DNA of 64,000 nucleotides from positions 256,001 through 320,000 of the forward strand of contig CAVWIP010000001.1 in NCBI GenBank assembly GCA_963755125.1, in the 5' to 3' direction. Below, piece after piece: positions 11,649 through 23,376 of this stretch (positions are counted from its first letter, which is position 1; each line of letters opens with the position of its first letter). The notes beneath the pieces were generated by a model. The model was not told the origin of the DNA. It made no database searches and saw nothing but the letters and a program-made list of their open reading frames with translations. The DNA comes from an uncultured delta proteobacterium (lineage in GTDB: Bacteria; Myxococcota_A; Polyangia; Fen-1088). The translations under genes were made by a program, and so were the position numbers.

Positions 11649-11650
11649 AC

Positions 11651-13219
11651 CTACCGTTGTTCAAGCAACGTCGGATCTAGAAATCCCACCAGCAGCTCGA
11701 TGGCCTGGTCTTGCAGGGCGCGTGCTTCCACCGGCGAGCGCACGTCGTTCATCAGAAAGGAAAAGACGAGGGGTTTCTGCCCGGGCGCGCCGGCCACGCC
11801 TGACAGGCAGCTCACCTTGGCCAAGGTGCCGGTCTTGGCGCGCACGTAACGCTCGGCCGCGCTGCCGGCCATGCGGTTGGCCAGCGTGCCCTCGGCGCCG
11901 CTCACCGCGAGCGAGGCCAGGAATTCGCCGGAGATGCGGAAGTCGCGCATGGCCGAGCGGACGACCGTGGCGAGCTGTTCGGCGGAAAAACGATTGGAGT
12001 CGTACAGCCCGGAGCCATTGTGCATGGTGTACGTGGCTCTTGAAATGCCGATGCCTTCAAGGTAGCGCGCCACCGCATCCAGTCCCTTTTGCCAGGTGCC
12101 GGGCCGGCCCATGACTTCGCCGCCCAGGGTGCGCAGGATCTGCTCGGCAACGAAGTTGTTCGAGCGCTTGCCCAGTTCGTGCGCGACCACCGCCAAGGTG
12201 GGCGAGTCGTGGGTGGCCATGGTGCGCAGCCCGTCCTTGGGCGCGGCCGCCACGCGCATGGGCTTGTCGACGGTGATGCCGCGTTTCTGCAAGATCTGCT
12301 TGAAGGTCTGGCCGAGGAAGAGATCCGGCTGGACGATCCGGCGCAGCACGATGCGCGGCTCGCTGCCCAGGCGGATGCGGCCCGACACGGTCACGCGGGT
12401 TTGACCGTTGCCCGCGTCGCTGGTTTGCACGACGGGCGCAGCCGGCCCCTTGGCTGCGGTCGTCACCCGGCCGGTCAACACCAGATTGGACGACGGCGGG
12501 TCCAGGACCACGCGGGCTGCTGCACCGGCGCTGGGTCCGGGCGTGATGATCACCGAGACGGTGTTCCCGTTCAGCGACGCAGCCGACGAAGGCGCGCGAA
12601 ACGCGGCCGAGTCGTCCTTCTCATCATAGGACGGCCCGACCGTGGCGCTGTCAAAGGCCGTGGCGTCGATCACCAGGGCACCGCGAACATTGCGCAGGCC
12701 GATGGCATTGAGCCCGCTGGCCAGCTCGGCCAGATCTTGCGTGGTGAGGGTCGGATCGCCGGAGGCGCGCAGATACAGATCCCCTTGCAACTCGCCGGCG
12801 GGGTTGACCGCGCGGCCACCCTCGGCCGGTGCCAGGCCGAGTACGGCCGTCTTCCAGCGAAACTCGGGACCCAGCAGAGCGAGCGCTGCCGCACTGGTCA
12901 CCAGTTTCACATTGGAAGCGGCGTTCAGCCCGGTCCTTTCGTTGCGGGCGTAGATGGGTTTGCCGCTCTCTGCATCGACGACCATCACCGAGACCTTGGC
13001 CCCGGCCAGGGCAGGGGAGGCGAAGACCGCATCCAGCCGCGCTTTGAGCCACGCCGGTCGTTCCGACGGGTTGGCCGGCGGTGGCACCGAAGACAGTGGC
13101 ACCGGCGCTGCGGGTGGCGTCGCAGCGCCGCTGTCGTTGGTCGGCTGCGCCGGCTGTGCGGCGACAGTTTGGGGGCCGAGGCAGAGAACCCAGATCAGCG
13201 AGAGGGCATGGCGCAACAT
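11651..13219 (-). CDS. dacB: D-alanyl-D-alanine carboxypeptidase/endopeptidase (PBP4, peptidase S13)
   Basis: SxxK (ASNVK), SNN, NGSGL and KTGTL motifs. Signal peptide present. Confidence 0.93.
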   Translation of the reverse strand: MLRHALSLIWVLCLGPQTVAAQPAQPTNDSGAATPPAAPVPLSSVPPPANPSERPAWLKARLDAVFASPALAGAKVSVMVVDAESGKPIYARNERTGLNAASNVKLVTSAAALALLGPEFRWKTAVLGLAPAEGGRAVNPAGELQGDLYLRASGDPTLTTQDLAELASGLNAIGLRNVRGALVIDATAFDSATVGPSYDEKDDSAAFRAPSSAASLNGNTVSVIITPGPSAGAAARVVLDPPSSNLVLTGRVTTAAKGPAAPVVQTSDAGNGQTRVTVSGRIRLGSEPRIVLRRIVQPDLFLGQTFKQILQKRGITVDKPMRVAAAPKDGLRTMATHDSPTLAVVAHELGKRSNNFVAEQILRTLGGEVMGRPGTWQKGLDAVARYLEGIGISRATYTMHNGSGLYDSNRFSAEQLATVVRSAMRDFRISGEFLASLAVSGAEGTLANRMAGSAAERYVRAKTGTLAKVSCLSGVAGAPGQKPLVFSFLMNDVRSPVEARALQDQAIELLVGFLDPTLLEQR

Positions 13220-13382
13220 TGGATCTTGCTCGCCGGTCTACCGTGAAGGGGACGGGGTCTGCAACCCAAGGAACGACGGTTGAGGAGATACAACGCCGAG
13301 CGCGACGAAGCCGTTACCTGGCTGCACAGCACATTGTCACGCCTTGCGCGGCAAAAGCATACGGTGGCGTTCGACGGCCACC

Positions 13383-13417
13383 CCAACTTGAGATCACAGA
13401 TTGTGATTTCAAGTTGG
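13383..13417. terminator. 16-bp-stem inverted repeat just downstream of the 13443-14195 gene (terminator or operator)
   Basis: CCAACTTGAGATCACA-GAT-TGTGATTTCAAGTTGG, with one mismatch. Confidence 0.55.
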
Positions 13418-13442
13418 CGGCTTCGACAGACGACCGACAGAA

Positions 13443-14195
13443 TCAGTCTGTCGCGCCGTCGGCCGCCCCGTCGTCAGTCGCGCCGGCGTCCACTCCTCCG
13501 TCGGTCGCTGCACTGCCGGCGCAGGGCGCGAGGGTCCAGGTGCCGTAGTCGCCGTTGCCCTGGCTGTCGACGCCCGTGCCCCAATTGTTGCCACCGTCGG
13601 CATTCACGTTCCCGCTGAACAGCCCGCCGCCGCTCTGACACACGAGCGTTTCGTTGGCATCCATGCTTCCGAACCAGGAGAAGCCGGGAGTGACACAAAT
13701 CGCGGCGCCCGAGTGTGTGACGGTGACGCCGAACGGGAACGGGGTGGAGGGAACGGTCGCGGTGCTGGATGTGTCGACGAAGCTGCCGCAGAAAAGGCTG
13801 ATCGGGTCACTGCTGGCGGAGTCCAGAAACAGGGCAAAGCTGCCCGAGTCCTGGGCACTGTGGGCGTAGCTGCCGAAGACGTACGCGGGGCGGGACACGC
13901 CGGCTAGCTGGTAGCCATCGGTCGACGAAAGCGAGAGGCTGGCACTGGACCGGTCCAGCGTGCCGGACAGGGACACCTCCGTGCTGCCAAGCGCGATGGT
14001 TCCGCTTGCGGGCAGCGGGCCGCTGGACGCCTCCGCCACCGCAACCTCCAAGATTCCAATCTGGGAAATGCCGACGATGATGCCGCGGTAGGTTCCAGCC
14101 CCGCCTGAAGGCGGCTTGCTGGCACAGGACAGCGACGCGAGTGCGACGGTGGCGCACGCGAAGCTGCGGAGGGCGGGAGCGAGGTGGACCAACAT
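13443..14195 (-). CDS. Hypothetical lipoprotein
   Basis: AAGGAG RBS before the ATG at 14195. Hydrophobic signal ending LASLSC, several Cys, and an Asp/Gly/Ala-rich tail. Confidence 0.65.
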   Translation of the reverse strand: MLVHLAPALRSFACATVALASLSCASKPPSGGAGTYRGIIVGISQIGILEVAVAEASSGPLPASGTIALGSTEVSLSGTLDRSSASLSLSSTDGYQLAGVSRPAYVFGSYAHSAQDSGSFALFLDSASSDPISLFCGSFVDTSSTATVPSTPFPFGVTVTHSGAAICVTPGFSWFGSMDANETLVCQSGGGLFSGNVNADGGNNWGTGVDSQGNGDYGTWTLAPCAGSAATDGGVDAGATDDGAADGATD

Positions 14196-14254
14196 GAAAG
14201 AGACTCCTTGCACGAGGTTGTCTCAGGCTAGCAGGCGCTGGCCGAAATGCCTCA

Positions 14255-15497
14255 TCAAGCAGGACCATCTGCCCGGGCCGCAACTTCCCGCACCCGCTGG
14301 AGCACGGCGTGGGCGTTCATCACACGGGCATAGACGTAAAGCGCGGCCGGCAATTCCTCGTCGAGCGCCGCCTCGCTGACGCGCAGGTGCTTGCTCGCGG
14401 CAAACACCACAGCCTCGGCCAGCCCCTTGCGCGCGAGTTCGATGCGTTTCCAGACCGCGTCGCGGCTCCAGAAACCAAGCACCTCCAAATATACAGTCTG
14501 CCCAGTCTGCTGGTGCACGAACTCTAGATCGGGCACACACTGGCCGACGCCGGGGAGATCGAGAATCGCGTGGCTGGGGGCCGGCCGCCAGGGGCCGGGC
14601 AGGGCAGCCAGCTCCTGGAGGAGCGCGGCCACCTCGTCGGGAAGCTGCTCGACCGTGTCTTTGCGATCGGGCGCGGCATTCTCGTCGGGAAATTGCCCTG
14701 GCGCGGGACCTCGCAGGGCATAGCGCAGCGGCCGCCGCTCCCGGCCCCAGCGCAAGTCAGCCTCGATGGCCCAGCGGTCGCAGGCCATCAGCGCCGGCAA
14801 GGCCAGCGCGAGGTGAAGCCCGTACTTGGTCACCGACTCGAACAGGCTGTAGGGGCCGTCGATGTGCAGGCAATAGCCCGCGTTCTTGGGTAGCCGTTCG
14901 ATGCGATAGAGCAGACGGAGAAACTTGAGCTTGTGGAAGAGGTGGCGATAGCCGATCGGCGCCGCGCTCCACACCGTGGCGCGCACGCTCAGAGCGCGCA
15001 GCAGGACCGCCTGGAGTTGCGCAAGTTGGTGCTCGGCCAGCAGGGCCTCGGGCGAAAGCAGGCGCGCCTCGCGGAGGATATGGGCGTCGGCCAGGTCGGC
15101 AAACAAAGCGCGCTCGATGGCGTCGCTGGACACGCGGCGTTCGGCCGCCGTTCCAGCCAGAATGGCCGCGCGATCGAAGACCGCGTGCTCGGCCTGGCGG
15201 CGCGCGCTGGCCGCGCTGGTGAACAGGGCGCGCCGCAACTCCACGGGCTCCAGAGTCGCGTCCTCCTCGAATTCGCAGCGGTCGAGTGCCAGTTTCAGCA
15301 GGCCGCGAGCCAGTCGCTGCTCGCGCGGCTCCACGTCGACGGCGCGGCAGGCGTCCAGCAGGGCTCCACGAGTTTGCCCGACGTGACCGCGCGCCAGGTC
15401 GAGATAGGCGGTGGCCAGTTCCAGCGCGCGCGGACGTTCCTCATCGGAAACCGGCACCACGACCAGCCGGTCGCCGCGCCGGCGCACGTGTACCATG

Positions 15498-15511
<14 letters not shown>
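14255..15511 (-). CDS. DUF790 family protein (Bax1-like PD-(D/E)XK-type nuclease)
   Basis: N-terminal MLTADMV, IDGPYSLFESVTKYGLHLA and C-terminal VPDLEF…YLEVLGFW are characteristic of DUF790. Overlaps the helicase stop codon. Confidence 0.88.
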
Positions 15512-16931
<1,420 letters not shown>

Positions 16932-16940
16932 GGCTGGCCG

Positions 16941-17363
16941 TCACAGCAACTCGTCGATCTTCTCGCACACATATTCTACATAGCCCCGGCATTGCGCGTG
17001 CACCCGCTGGCGATAAATTCCGTAGGCGGTCGGTTCAGTGAAATCCAGGCCGGTGAGGGCAAAGCAGTTGTCGCTGCCGAAGCGGGCGCGAAAGCCGTCG
17101 ACCAGCGCCTGCACCTTGCTGACCAGGACTTCGCGATCATCGCCAAGCTTGTCGCGGCCAAAGGCCGCGCTGAGCACCAGCACACCGCCGGTCAGCGCCC
17201 CGCACACGGACTTGGTGCGGCTGAGCCCGCCGCCAAACCCGGTGGCGATGCGCGGAATCAGGTCACTCTGCCGGCCGAGACGCTTCATTCCGGCGATGGC
17301 CACGGCCTCGGCGCAACTCAGGCCCGAGTCGAAGACTTCAAGTGCCAGTTTCGTGGTCGACAT
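16941..17363 (-). CDS. C-GCAxxG-C-C family putative redox-active protein
   Basis: SCAEAV…GFGGG…CGALTGG…NC…C pattern. Confidence 0.88.
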   Translation of the reverse strand: MSTTKLALEVFDSGLSCAEAVAIAGMKRLGRQSDLIPRIATGFGGGLSRTKSVCGALTGGVLVLSAAFGRDKLGDDREVLVSKVQALVDGFRARFGSDNCFALTGLDFTEPTAYGIYRQRVHAQCRGYVEYVCEKIDELL

Positions 17364-17446
17364 ACGCCGATGCTAGCACTGCCATGCGAGCGGGCGGGCA
17401 ATTCTGCTGGGCGCAGCGTGCGGTCTGTGATGACATGGCTTTTCGT

Positions 17447-18949
17447 ATGCGCGCAAAGGTCATCGTCGCCGCAACGCTGCTCCTGGGCCTGGTGGCCTGG
17501 GACTTTGCTGCCGCCACCACCTTCGTGGGCGATGATTACCTGTTCCTCGCGTTCGCACGGCTGGAAGCCAATCCGCTCCTGGCCTTCGTACGCGACATGC
17601 ACGGCGGCGAATACTACCGGCCCGCGCCCATGCTGCTGTGGTGGCTGCTCGATCGAGCGGGGCAGGGGGCGACATGGCCATTTGCCATGGCGGCGTTTCT
17701 TTTGCACGCGGGCAGTGCGGCCCTAGTCGTGGCGCTCGGCCGCGGGGTCGGGTTCACGCTCCGGGTTGCGCTGGCCGCGGGCGCGCTGTTCTTGGTGGCG
17801 CCGGCCCAACGCGAGGCCGCGCTGTGGTTTGCGGCCAGCACCGATCTGCTCGCCACGCTGGCAACCCTGGCCGCGCTGGTCTGCCTTCTGCGCCAGAGGC
17901 GAGGCTGGCAAGCGGCGTCGGTGGCCATGGCTGCACTGGCGTACTTCTCGAAGGAGACGGCGCTGGTGCTGCCGTTGCTCGCGGTGGCGGCAAAGTGGAC
18001 GGCTGCATCTCGGCAGCCGCCCGTCGCTGAGAACACATGGAGGAGAAGGGAGGGCACAGAGTTTCTTCGGACATGCGTCGTGCCCGTGCTTCCTCATGTG
18101 GGTGTCGCGGGTGGGTACCTGATCATTCGCTTCTCGGTGCTGCAGGGGCTGGGTGGCACCAATAATCCGGTCGCGCCGTGGTGGGGACGAGGCCTGCAGA
18201 TCGTTGGGGGCTTGGTTCATGCGGTGGCGGGCTACGCGCCATTGCCCGAGGCCGTGGCATGGCTGCTGGGCGGCGGGCTGCTGCTGGTCGCCGGAGTGTT
18301 CGCGGTGCGCGCCCGCGCATGGTTTTCCGTGCTTTGGACGCTGCTGGCGCTGCTGCCGCTGCCAGCCGCCGGTTGGGTGGTGGGCGCGCGCTACTTCTAC
18401 CTGCCTGCGGTCGGGCTCATGTTCATGCTGGCATTGGCCGCCGACGCGTGCGGGGCGGTGGTCATTGTTGTCATCAGCCTGCTGGCGGCGGTCGGTCTAG
18501 GCTCGACAGCCACCCGCATGGGTGAAGTCTGTCACTACCGTGCGGTTCTGGCTGCAGCCCGCGACGCCGTCGAAAGGGGCGCGCACGAGGGGCACACCAT
18601 CTTCCTGGTGCGAAACGCGGTGAAGGATCTGGACCTTGCGATCAAGCTCACCACGCCAGCGGAACTCTTGCCTCGGCCGCTGCTGGTGATTCCCGACATG
18701 CCCGCCTCGTTCGTCTGGATGCCGGAGGCGCTTGCCGACCGCGCGCGCTTTCTGCTCGCCAGGCCGCCCTTGCCGCCTGCCGGTGAGTACTGCTTCGGTG
18801 GCCAGCACATCGTCGGCCTGGCCCGCCGCGAGGAGGCCCCGGACCTCGACGAGGTGCTCGCCCGGCTGCCCGAACTTCGTTTCATCCAACTGGTCACGGA
18901 CGGCCGCGGCCAGGTAACCGGACAAGACCGAACCGATTTGCGCCGGTGA
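17447..18949 (+). CDS. Polytopic membrane protein, GT-C-like glycosyltransferase
   Basis: First-loop DD (FVGDDY), YYRP, SKE and RYFYLP motifs with many TM segments. Start site uncertain (17435 or 17447). Confidence 0.65.
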   Translation: MRAKVIVAATLLLGLVAWDFAAATTFVGDDYLFLAFARLEANPLLAFVRDMHGGEYYRPAPMLLWWLLDRAGQGATWPFAMAAFLLHAGSAALVVALGRGVGFTLRVALAAGALFLVAPAQREAALWFAASTDLLATLATLAALVCLLRQRRGWQAASVAMAALAYFSKETALVLPLLAVAAKWTAASRQPPVAENTWRRREGTEFLRTCVVPVLPHVGVAGGYLIIRFSVLQGLGGTNNPVAPWWGRGLQIVGGLVHAVAGYAPLPEAVAWLLGGGLLLVAGVFAVRARAWFSVLWTLLALLPLPAAGWVVGARYFYLPAVGLMFMLALAADACGAVVIVVISLLAAVGLGSTATRMGEVCHYRAVLAAARDAVERGAHEGHTIFLVRNAVKDLDLAIKLTTPAELLPRPLLVIPDMPASFVWMPEALADRARFLLARPPLPPAGEYCFGGQHIVGLARREEAPDLDEVLARLPELRFIQLVTDGRGQVTGQDRTDLRR

Positions 18950-19033
18950 GTGTGCGCGCACGCCAGATTTCGAGATCTGGCCGCGCGCGACGGGCTGGCG
19001 TAGCATCAGGATCCGGGAGAGAAGAGCAACGTC

Positions 19034-19915
19034 ATGGCAAAGACAAGTCAGAATCATTTGGAGCTGATCAAGGTCGCGGTTTCATTGGCCCAGAAGCGAA
19101 CCTTCGATCACCTGCTGTATGTGGGCGACATCCCGCTGCCCGAGGAAGTTTTTCGCGGCAAGCCGCGGGCGCGCAAGAAACTGGTGCAGGCGGTGGTCAG
19201 CGAGGCCCAGCGCGCGGTGGTCGAGGCCACGGGCGTTCCCGTAATCCCGCTGCCGCAGTACGATTTGGGGCGGCCCGAGAAGCTGAAGCTGGCCCTGGTC
19301 AGCGGTATCGCGCGCGGGATTTATGCCGAGGGTGACGTGGTGGTGGCGCTGCTGTCGGCGCGTCCAGTGGGCAAGCCCGACTCCATCCTGGTGGTCAACG
19401 TGGGCCCGGACGAGGAAGACGTGGGCTTCGGCTTCTTGCGCACCGAAGGCGTGCAGCCCGAGATCCTGGAGGCGCTTATCGACCTGGCGGTCACCATCGG
19501 TGTGGAGGGCTGGGAGGGCCGGCCAGTGGGGGCGCTGTTCGTGATCGGCGACTCCAACAAAGTCATGGAGCAATCGCGGGTGCTCAGCCTCAACCCATTC
19601 CAGGGCTATTCTGAAGACGAGCGCAACATGCTGAGCCCGGAAGTGCGCCGTGCCCTGCGCGCCTTTGCCGTGCTCGACGGCGGCTTCGTCCTGCGCGAGG
19701 ACGGCGTGGTGCTGGCCGCAGGCCGCTACCTCAATTTTGACGAGAAAGATGTGCGCGTGCCGCTGGGCCTGGGCTCGCGCCATATGGCCGCCGCCGGTAT
19801 CACGCACGAGACCGAGGCCATTGCCGTGGTGGTCTCGCAGACTTCCGGGGCCGTGCGCGTCTTCCGCCACGGCCGCGCCGTGCTCGAGCTGTCGTCGAGA
19901 ATCCGGCGATCGTAG
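19034..19915 (+). CDS. Diadenylate cyclase (DisA_N/DAC domain) with a soluble N-terminal domain, DacZ-like
   Basis: EGWEGRPVGALFVIGD, LDGGF (DGA-like) and GLGSRHMAAAGIT…VVVSQTSG (RHxAA). No TM helices. Confidence 0.85.
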   Translation: MAKTSQNHLELIKVAVSLAQKRTFDHLLYVGDIPLPEEVFRGKPRARKKLVQAVVSEAQRAVVEATGVPVIPLPQYDLGRPEKLKLALVSGIARGIYAEGDVVVALLSARPVGKPDSILVVNVGPDEEDVGFGFLRTEGVQPEILEALIDLAVTIGVEGWEGRPVGALFVIGDSNKVMEQSRVLSLNPFQGYSEDERNMLSPEVRRALRAFAVLDGGFVLREDGVVLAAGRYLNFDEKDVRVPLGLGSRHMAAAGITHETEAIAVVVSQTSGAVRVFRHGRAVLELSSRIRRS

Positions 19916-20058
19916 ATCCGCCGGCCAACAATGCCCGCCAGCGAGCCACCTGAAGTGGGCGAACGGAGCTTGCAGCCGTCAGTCGCACGCCGAGCGTGCC
20001 GAAGTAAGCTGAGTGTTGCCCCGCGATTTGAGCCTCCCTATATTGCCGGGGCAGTGTC

Positions 20059-21951
20059 GTGAAATCGCTCTTGCATCCCGTCCTCGGTATCGTGGCAATC
20101 GCGGTAGCCCTCGGGCTTGCGCTTCGTACGCTATTCTTCCGCCTCGCCCCGTGGCTGTGGTCCAAGGAATCGCCACTTGATGTGCGTGCCATTACGCCCT
20201 GGACTCGCTGGGCCGTCGCCGAACGAGACGGCATCGAACCGTATGCGCTGCTGCTCCTCGTGCTGGGTGCCTGCGCGGCAACCGTTGTTCTCTCCCGGCT
20301 GAGCGAACGATTGCCTGAGAGACTTCGCGCCGCCGTCGCGGCGTCGGCGCTGCCGGCCGTGATTGTGCTCGCGTTCTCGGTCCCCTTGCGCCCACCACTC
20401 TCCGTCGTCGCGAACACGCCCGGGCTCGCACTCCTAGTCGTCAGTGTTAGCCTGCTGGTAACCGTGTTCGTCGGCTGGGCTGCTGCGGCGAGAAGATATT
20501 GTGTGTCGGCGTTGCTGGTGCTCGGTCTGGCGGCCGTCTGTTTCCTGCCAACGACACTTCTCTCCCGGTTCGACGGGCAGACTGTCTTTGCGCCTGCTCT
20601 TCGTCTCGTGCACGGCGCATCTCTTCGGAATATTTACTTCCAATACGATCTTCTCCTTTCACTGCTGGCGGTTGCTTGGTTCAAGGTTGGTGCTGACCCT
20701 ATGGCCTTTTCCTTTGTAACAGGTCTGGGCTATTTCCTGTTGTTCATCGGTCTTTGGCTGACCATGCGCCGTTGGTTCTCGTGCGCCCGACTCCTGGCGC
20801 CTCTGCTGGTCTGTCTCGTGCTTGTGCGCTTCTATGGCAACATGCACGACGCGAGTGCGCTTCCGCAGCTAACTCCCTGGCGACTAGATTTGTGGATCGT
20901 CCCGCTGGCGCTGACGCTCGTGTTTGGTCTTGATCATTGGCTGGTTGGCCTCGCACTGGCCCTGCTGTGCTTCTTCTGTCGCAGTTTTGGCATCCTCTAT
21001 CTTGCAGCTTACGTGCTGGCGTGGGGAACTGACTTTCTCGCTGCTCGCTCGATCGAGTCGGAGAGAGCGGAACCGTTCTTCAAGGCATTGTGGACGGGTC
21101 TGCGTCGGGCACTGCCTATTGTGGGGCTGGTTGGTTGCTCCTTCGTGGTGGGGCGCTTGATGTTTGGCAGCCTGACCACCGAGGCCGTCAGCCTGTATCG
21201 CAGCTTGGGCATCGGCATGACGAAGATCGCCAGCGGATCATTCTACTGGTGGATCGTTCCCCTTTCCGCCGTGGTGGCAGGATTGGTCTTCTATCGGCGA
21301 GCCTCGTTCTCGCTCAAGCAACGACAGGGAGCCATTTCCCTTTCTGCTCTGGCCATCGCCAACTCGCTCTACTTTTTCGGTCGCAGCCACGAGAGCAATC
21401 TGGTTCTACTCAGCGCCATCTTTCTTGTGCTCTTCTTCCTGGCCATCGATCTAGCCTGGGGATTGCCGGAAACACGCGATGCGCTGGCCATGCGCTGGTT
21501 CTTGAGAATCCTTCCGTGGTGCACGGTCGCGTTCTGTGCGTATTTCTACGCGGGCCAGGTTGTGGCGCGAGTGGAGAGCCAAGCCGCATTGGTCGGAAGA
21601 CACCAAGCGCTTGCGCCGGCGCACCAATATGACTTCGTTCCGGTCATCGATTGCAGGGAGATATCCGGCGCCATCGGCGATGCCAAGGTCGTGTACTTTT
21701 CCTTCAATGACTTCTGGTTCTACTGGCAATGCTCGAACGAGCCCGCGGGAGGCTATCAGCCGTTGACGTTGTCCCCTCTCATGGAACCGCTGATTCGACA
21801 GTTGAATCGCGACGTGACGGCGGGACACATGATCGTTGTGCCCAAGCAGGCAAGGGACTGGGCCTCAGTTTTCAAGCAGGAATTCTTGCCAAAGCTGGGC
21901 AGCCTTTCGCTTACCGAGACCGAAAAGTATCTGGTCTACCATCGCCCGTGA
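20059..21951 (+). CDS. Hypothetical polytopic membrane protein (possible GT-C/Gtr-like modifier), visibly less GC-rich than the flanks
   Basis: 630-aa ORF with more than 10 hydrophobic segments, YFQY loop and GRSH motif. More T/A-ending codons than neighbouring genes. Confidence 0.6.
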   Translation: MKSLLHPVLGIVAIAVALGLALRTLFFRLAPWLWSKESPLDVRAITPWTRWAVAERDGIEPYALLLLVLGACAATVVLSRLSERLPERLRAAVAASALPAVIVLAFSVPLRPPLSVVANTPGLALLVVSVSLLVTVFVGWAAAARRYCVSALLVLGLAAVCFLPTTLLSRFDGQTVFAPALRLVHGASLRNIYFQYDLLLSLLAVAWFKVGADPMAFSFVTGLGYFLLFIGLWLTMRRWFSCARLLAPLLVCLVLVRFYGNMHDASALPQLTPWRLDLWIVPLALTLVFGLDHWLVGLALALLCFFCRSFGILYLAAYVLAWGTDFLAARSIESERAEPFFKALWTGLRRALPIVGLVGCSFVVGRLMFGSLTTEAVSLYRSLGIGMTKIASGSFYWWIVPLSAVVAGLVFYRRASFSLKQRQGAISLSALAIANSLYFFGRSHESNLVLLSAIFLVLFFLAIDLAWGLPETRDALAMRWFLRILPWCTVAFCAYFYAGQVVARVESQAALVGRHQALAPAHQYDFVPVIDCREISGAIGDAKVVYFSFNDFWFYWQCSNEPAGGYQPLTLSPLMEPLIRQLNRDVTAGHMIVVPKQARDWASVFKQEFLPKLGSLSLTETEKYLVYHRP

Positions 21952-22074
21952 TCGAGCCATGCTGACGGTGGAGGGACGCCTCAAGTGCCCCGACCGTTGA
22001 CCTCCCACCTGCGAGCACTGCTCCAGTGTGACCAGATGCCTAAATTGGCGGACGCCGCCAATTGGGGACACGCG

Positions 22075-23352
22075 CTAGAAATCCACGAGCTGGCGAATTT
22101 TGGCTTCCAATTCGGCCTCGGTCACTTCGTGCTGTTGCCGGCTGGCGAGATCGCGCAGGACCAACTTGCCGGTCTGCAGTTCGTTGTCACCGACGATGAG
22201 CGCCAGCCGTGCCTTGAGAACGTCGGCGCGCTTGAGTTGCGACTTCAAGCTCGCCTCCCGATGCTCCAGTTCGGTGCGCACGCCTTGCAGGCGCAGTCGA
22301 TGCGCCACGGGCAAGGCCCAGGCCTGCGCTTTCTCTCCCAAAACCGCGATGAAGAGAGCCAGCACGGGCTCAAATTCCTCGGCCGGCTCGGCCAGCGCCA
22401 AAAGGACACGTTCGACGCCCAGAGCGAAACCGATGGCTGGTACCTCGGGGCCACCCAACGACGACACCAGACGATCATAGCGCCCGCCGCCGCCCAGCGT
22501 GTTCTGCGCGCCCAGATCGCCGATCTTGGCCTTCACCTCGAAGATGGTGCCGGTGTAGTAGTCCAGCCCGCGCACCAGCTTGGTGTCCACCACGCTCGGG
22601 ACACCAAGCGCCGAAAGGTGGCTGCGCACAGTTTCGAAGTGCCGCTTGGATGAGTCGCCCAGCACGTCCAGCAAGACGGGGGCACCAGCGGCCAGCCTCT
22701 GGATATCAGGATCCTTGGAATCCAGGATGCGTAGCGGATTGGTTTGCAGCCGCTGCCGCGAGCCCTCATCCAGCTTGTCGAGGTGGTTCGTGAAGTACCC
22801 GCGCAGGGCCTCGCGATAGCTCGCGCGCTCCTCAGGCTCGCCCAGGGTGTTGACCGCGACCTCGAGGTCGGAGGGCTTGATGCCCATCTCGACGAGCAAC
22901 GCCACCAGCATGGCGATCATCTCCGCGTCGACGCTGGGCGCGGCCAGACCGAACGCCTCGGCCCCCACTTGGTGGAACTGGCGCAGGCGGCCGCGCTGGG
23001 CGCGCTCGTGGCGAAACATCGGACCCAGGTAGTACCAGCGGGTCACCGGCTCGCGGGTCCATTGCGAGCGGGCGATGTACGCGCGCACCGCGCTGGCCGT
23101 GCCCTCGGGCCGCATGGACACCGACTGCCCGTCGCGGTCGGGGAAGGTGTACATCTGTTTCTCGACCACCTCGGTGTCCTCGCCCACCGAACGCACGAAG
23201 AGCGGCGTGTATTCGAGAATCGGCGTGCGCAACTCGCGATAGGCGAACGACTCCAACACCGTGCGCGCCTTCTCCTCGACGAATTGCCATTTCGACACCT
23301 CGGGCGGCAGGATGTCGTTCATTCCCTTGACGGTGGGTGGTAGGTCAGACAC
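22075..23352 (-). CDS. hisS: Histidine--tRNA ligase
   Basis: RPEGTA, FRHERAQRGRLRQFHQ, LVRGLDYY, GGGRYD and GFALGVER. Confidence 0.98.
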   Translation of the reverse strand: MSDLPPTVKGMNDILPPEVSKWQFVEEKARTVLESFAYRELRTPILEYTPLFVRSVGEDTEVVEKQMYTFPDRDGQSVSMRPEGTASAVRAYIARSQWTREPVTRWYYLGPMFRHERAQRGRLRQFHQVGAEAFGLAAPSVDAEMIAMLVALLVEMGIKPSDLEVAVNTLGEPEERASYREALRGYFTNHLDKLDEGSRQRLQTNPLRILDSKDPDIQRLAAGAPVLLDVLGDSSKRHFETVRSHLSALGVPSVVDTKLVRGLDYYTGTIFEVKAKIGDLGAQNTLGGGGRYDRLVSSLGGPEVPAIGFALGVERVLLALAEPAEEFEPVLALFIAVLGEKAQAWALPVAHRLRLQGVRTELEHREASLKSQLKRADVLKARLALIVGDNELQTGKLVLRDLASRQQHEVTEAELEAKIRQLVDF

Positions 23353-23376
23353 GGCCGGATTTATAGCAGATGCCGG

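Noticed and set aside
11472..11650. Glycine riboswitch upstream of gcvT
   Set aside because: I could not find the conserved aptamer elements (GGAGA…CCGAAG…CTCTCAGG) on the minus strand. The region is reported as a REP-like element instead.
16941..17363. Selenoprotein variant of the C-GCAxxG-C-C family
   Set aside because: All motif positions are Cys codons and there is no in-frame internal TGA.
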